A stretch of DNA of 7,281 bases from Candidatus Tremblayella phenacoccinincola. GTDB taxonomy: Bacteria > Pseudomonadota > Gammaproteobacteria > Burkholderiales > Burkholderiaceae. A program made the position numbers and the translations under genes. Location of the stretch: positions 1-7,281 of the forward strand of contig NZ_VMQO03000006.1 in assembly GCF_009805595.3 (NCBI RefSeq). Direction: 5' to 3'. Shown here in pieces: positions 6,872 to 7,281 of the stretch. Each line of letters opens with the position of its first letter. The stretch's first letter is position 1. Below the pieces are notes generated by a model, which was given only the letters and a program-made list of their open reading frames with translations, did not search any database and was not told the DNA's origin.

Positions 6872-6936
6872 GTTCTATGTATCTAACCACTGTTCTATGT
6901 ATCTAACCACTGAGTTAACCACTGTTCTAGCCACCC
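6872..6936. repeat. Tandem repeat abutting the 5' end of tRNA-Val: gttctatgtatctaaccact x2 (6872-6891 and 6892-6911), followed by a scrambled partial copy gagttaaccactgttctagccaccc.
   Basis: The two 20-nt copies are exact. The units repeat the tRNA 5' acceptor strand plus flank (ctaaccaccc|gttctatgtat at 6862-6882). Confidence 0.9.
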
Positions 6937-7023
6937 AAATAAGAGCTAGTTCTAGAGCAGTTAGGTTTAGATGGGAGAGGAGAGAACCAGTTGGAAATAT
7001 GGTTTGGTGGTTGGGATATGATG

Positions 7024-7134
7024 AAAGCTAAAGCTAAAGCTAAAGCTAAAGCTAAAGTGAAAGTGAAAGTGAAAGTGAAAGCAAACGAACGATAGCGATA
7101 GCGATAGCGTATGTGAATGTGATGTGGTGTGGTT
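7024..7134. repeat. Compound microsatellite: (aaagct)5 (aaagtg)4 aaagca aacgaac (gatagc)3 gt (atgtga)2 (tgtgg)2
   Basis: Direct reading gives aaagct x5 at 7024-7053, aaagtg x4 at 7054-7077, gatagc x3 at 7091-7108, atgtga x2 at 7111-7122 and tgtgg x2 at 7123-7132. Confidence 0.95.
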
Positions 7135-7281
7135 TATGTTAATAGAATCTAATTGGGAAGATGTGTTATTACTTGATGTAATTCCTTTATACATTATAGA
7201 TATTCTTTTCATTGAGTCTATAAGGATAGGGTTTTAGTAGGAGTCTATTGGGGTTTTTCCAGTTCTTTAAAAGCAGGTATA

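Noticed and set aside
7121-7134. gatgtggtgtggtt is the reverse complement of a sequence resembling the aaccacaccatc repeat at 4846-4869. This hints at an inverted repeat pair flanking argG-trxA and the tRNAs, possibly the boundaries of a mobile element.
   Set aside because: Only about 10 nt match (aaccacacca) and both sequences are low-complexity. No transposase, integrase or target-site duplication is present, and the enclosed genes are core housekeeping genes.
6967-7212. An 81-aa ORF on the - strand encoding ..HFHFHFHFSFSFSFSFSF.., which could be read as a novel repeat protein.
   Set aside because: The dipeptide repeats are simply the translation of the hexanucleotide microsatellite at 7024-7108. 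The ORF has no RBS and no recognisable domain. Its composition matches the surrounding spacer rather than the AT-rich genes. I treat it as a translation artefact unless conservation or proteomics says otherwise.

Overview
The window is very AT-rich, with coding DNA at about 22-25% GC by hand count. It carries only gammaproteobacterial-type housekeeping genes, and it looks like part of a strongly reduced obligate-endosymbiont genome. pheS-pheT lie on the + strand. tRNA-Val(UAC), tRNA-Phe(GAA), trxA, argG and trpS form one co-oriented series on the - strand. All five proteins align end to end with my recollection of the E. coli orthologues and keep their catalytic signatures: PheS motif 3, TrpS TIGN/KMSKS, ArgG AFSGGLDTS and TrxA WCGPC. 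The standard genetic code applies: Trp is TGG and the stops are TAA/TAG. I cannot support any mobile element, CRISPR array, defence locus, toxin system or secondary-metabolite cluster, and I do not think a novel multi-gene system is present here. The unusual part is the noncoding DNA. About 1.15 kb (about 16%) of the window is spacer, and the spacers are GC-richer (about 33-41%) than the genes. They are also packed with tandem repeats: (a) an exact 35-bp x2 repeat cut by the left window edge; (b) 13-bp and 12-bp repeats made almost entirely of A and C between argG and trpS; (c) a 20-bp repeat family that appears to be seeded from the 5' junction of tRNA-Val; and (d) a 111-nt compound hexanucleotide microsatellite. 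A similar hexamer-slippage signature sits in frame inside pheT, where a Gly/Ser low-complexity tract replaces a normally conserved tRNA-binding segment. This combination (low GC, degenerate but intact proteins, long repeat-rich spacers) resembles what has been described for Candidatus Portiera aleyrodidarum of Bemisia whiteflies. That attribution comes from memory and is tentative; I cannot verify it without a database search.
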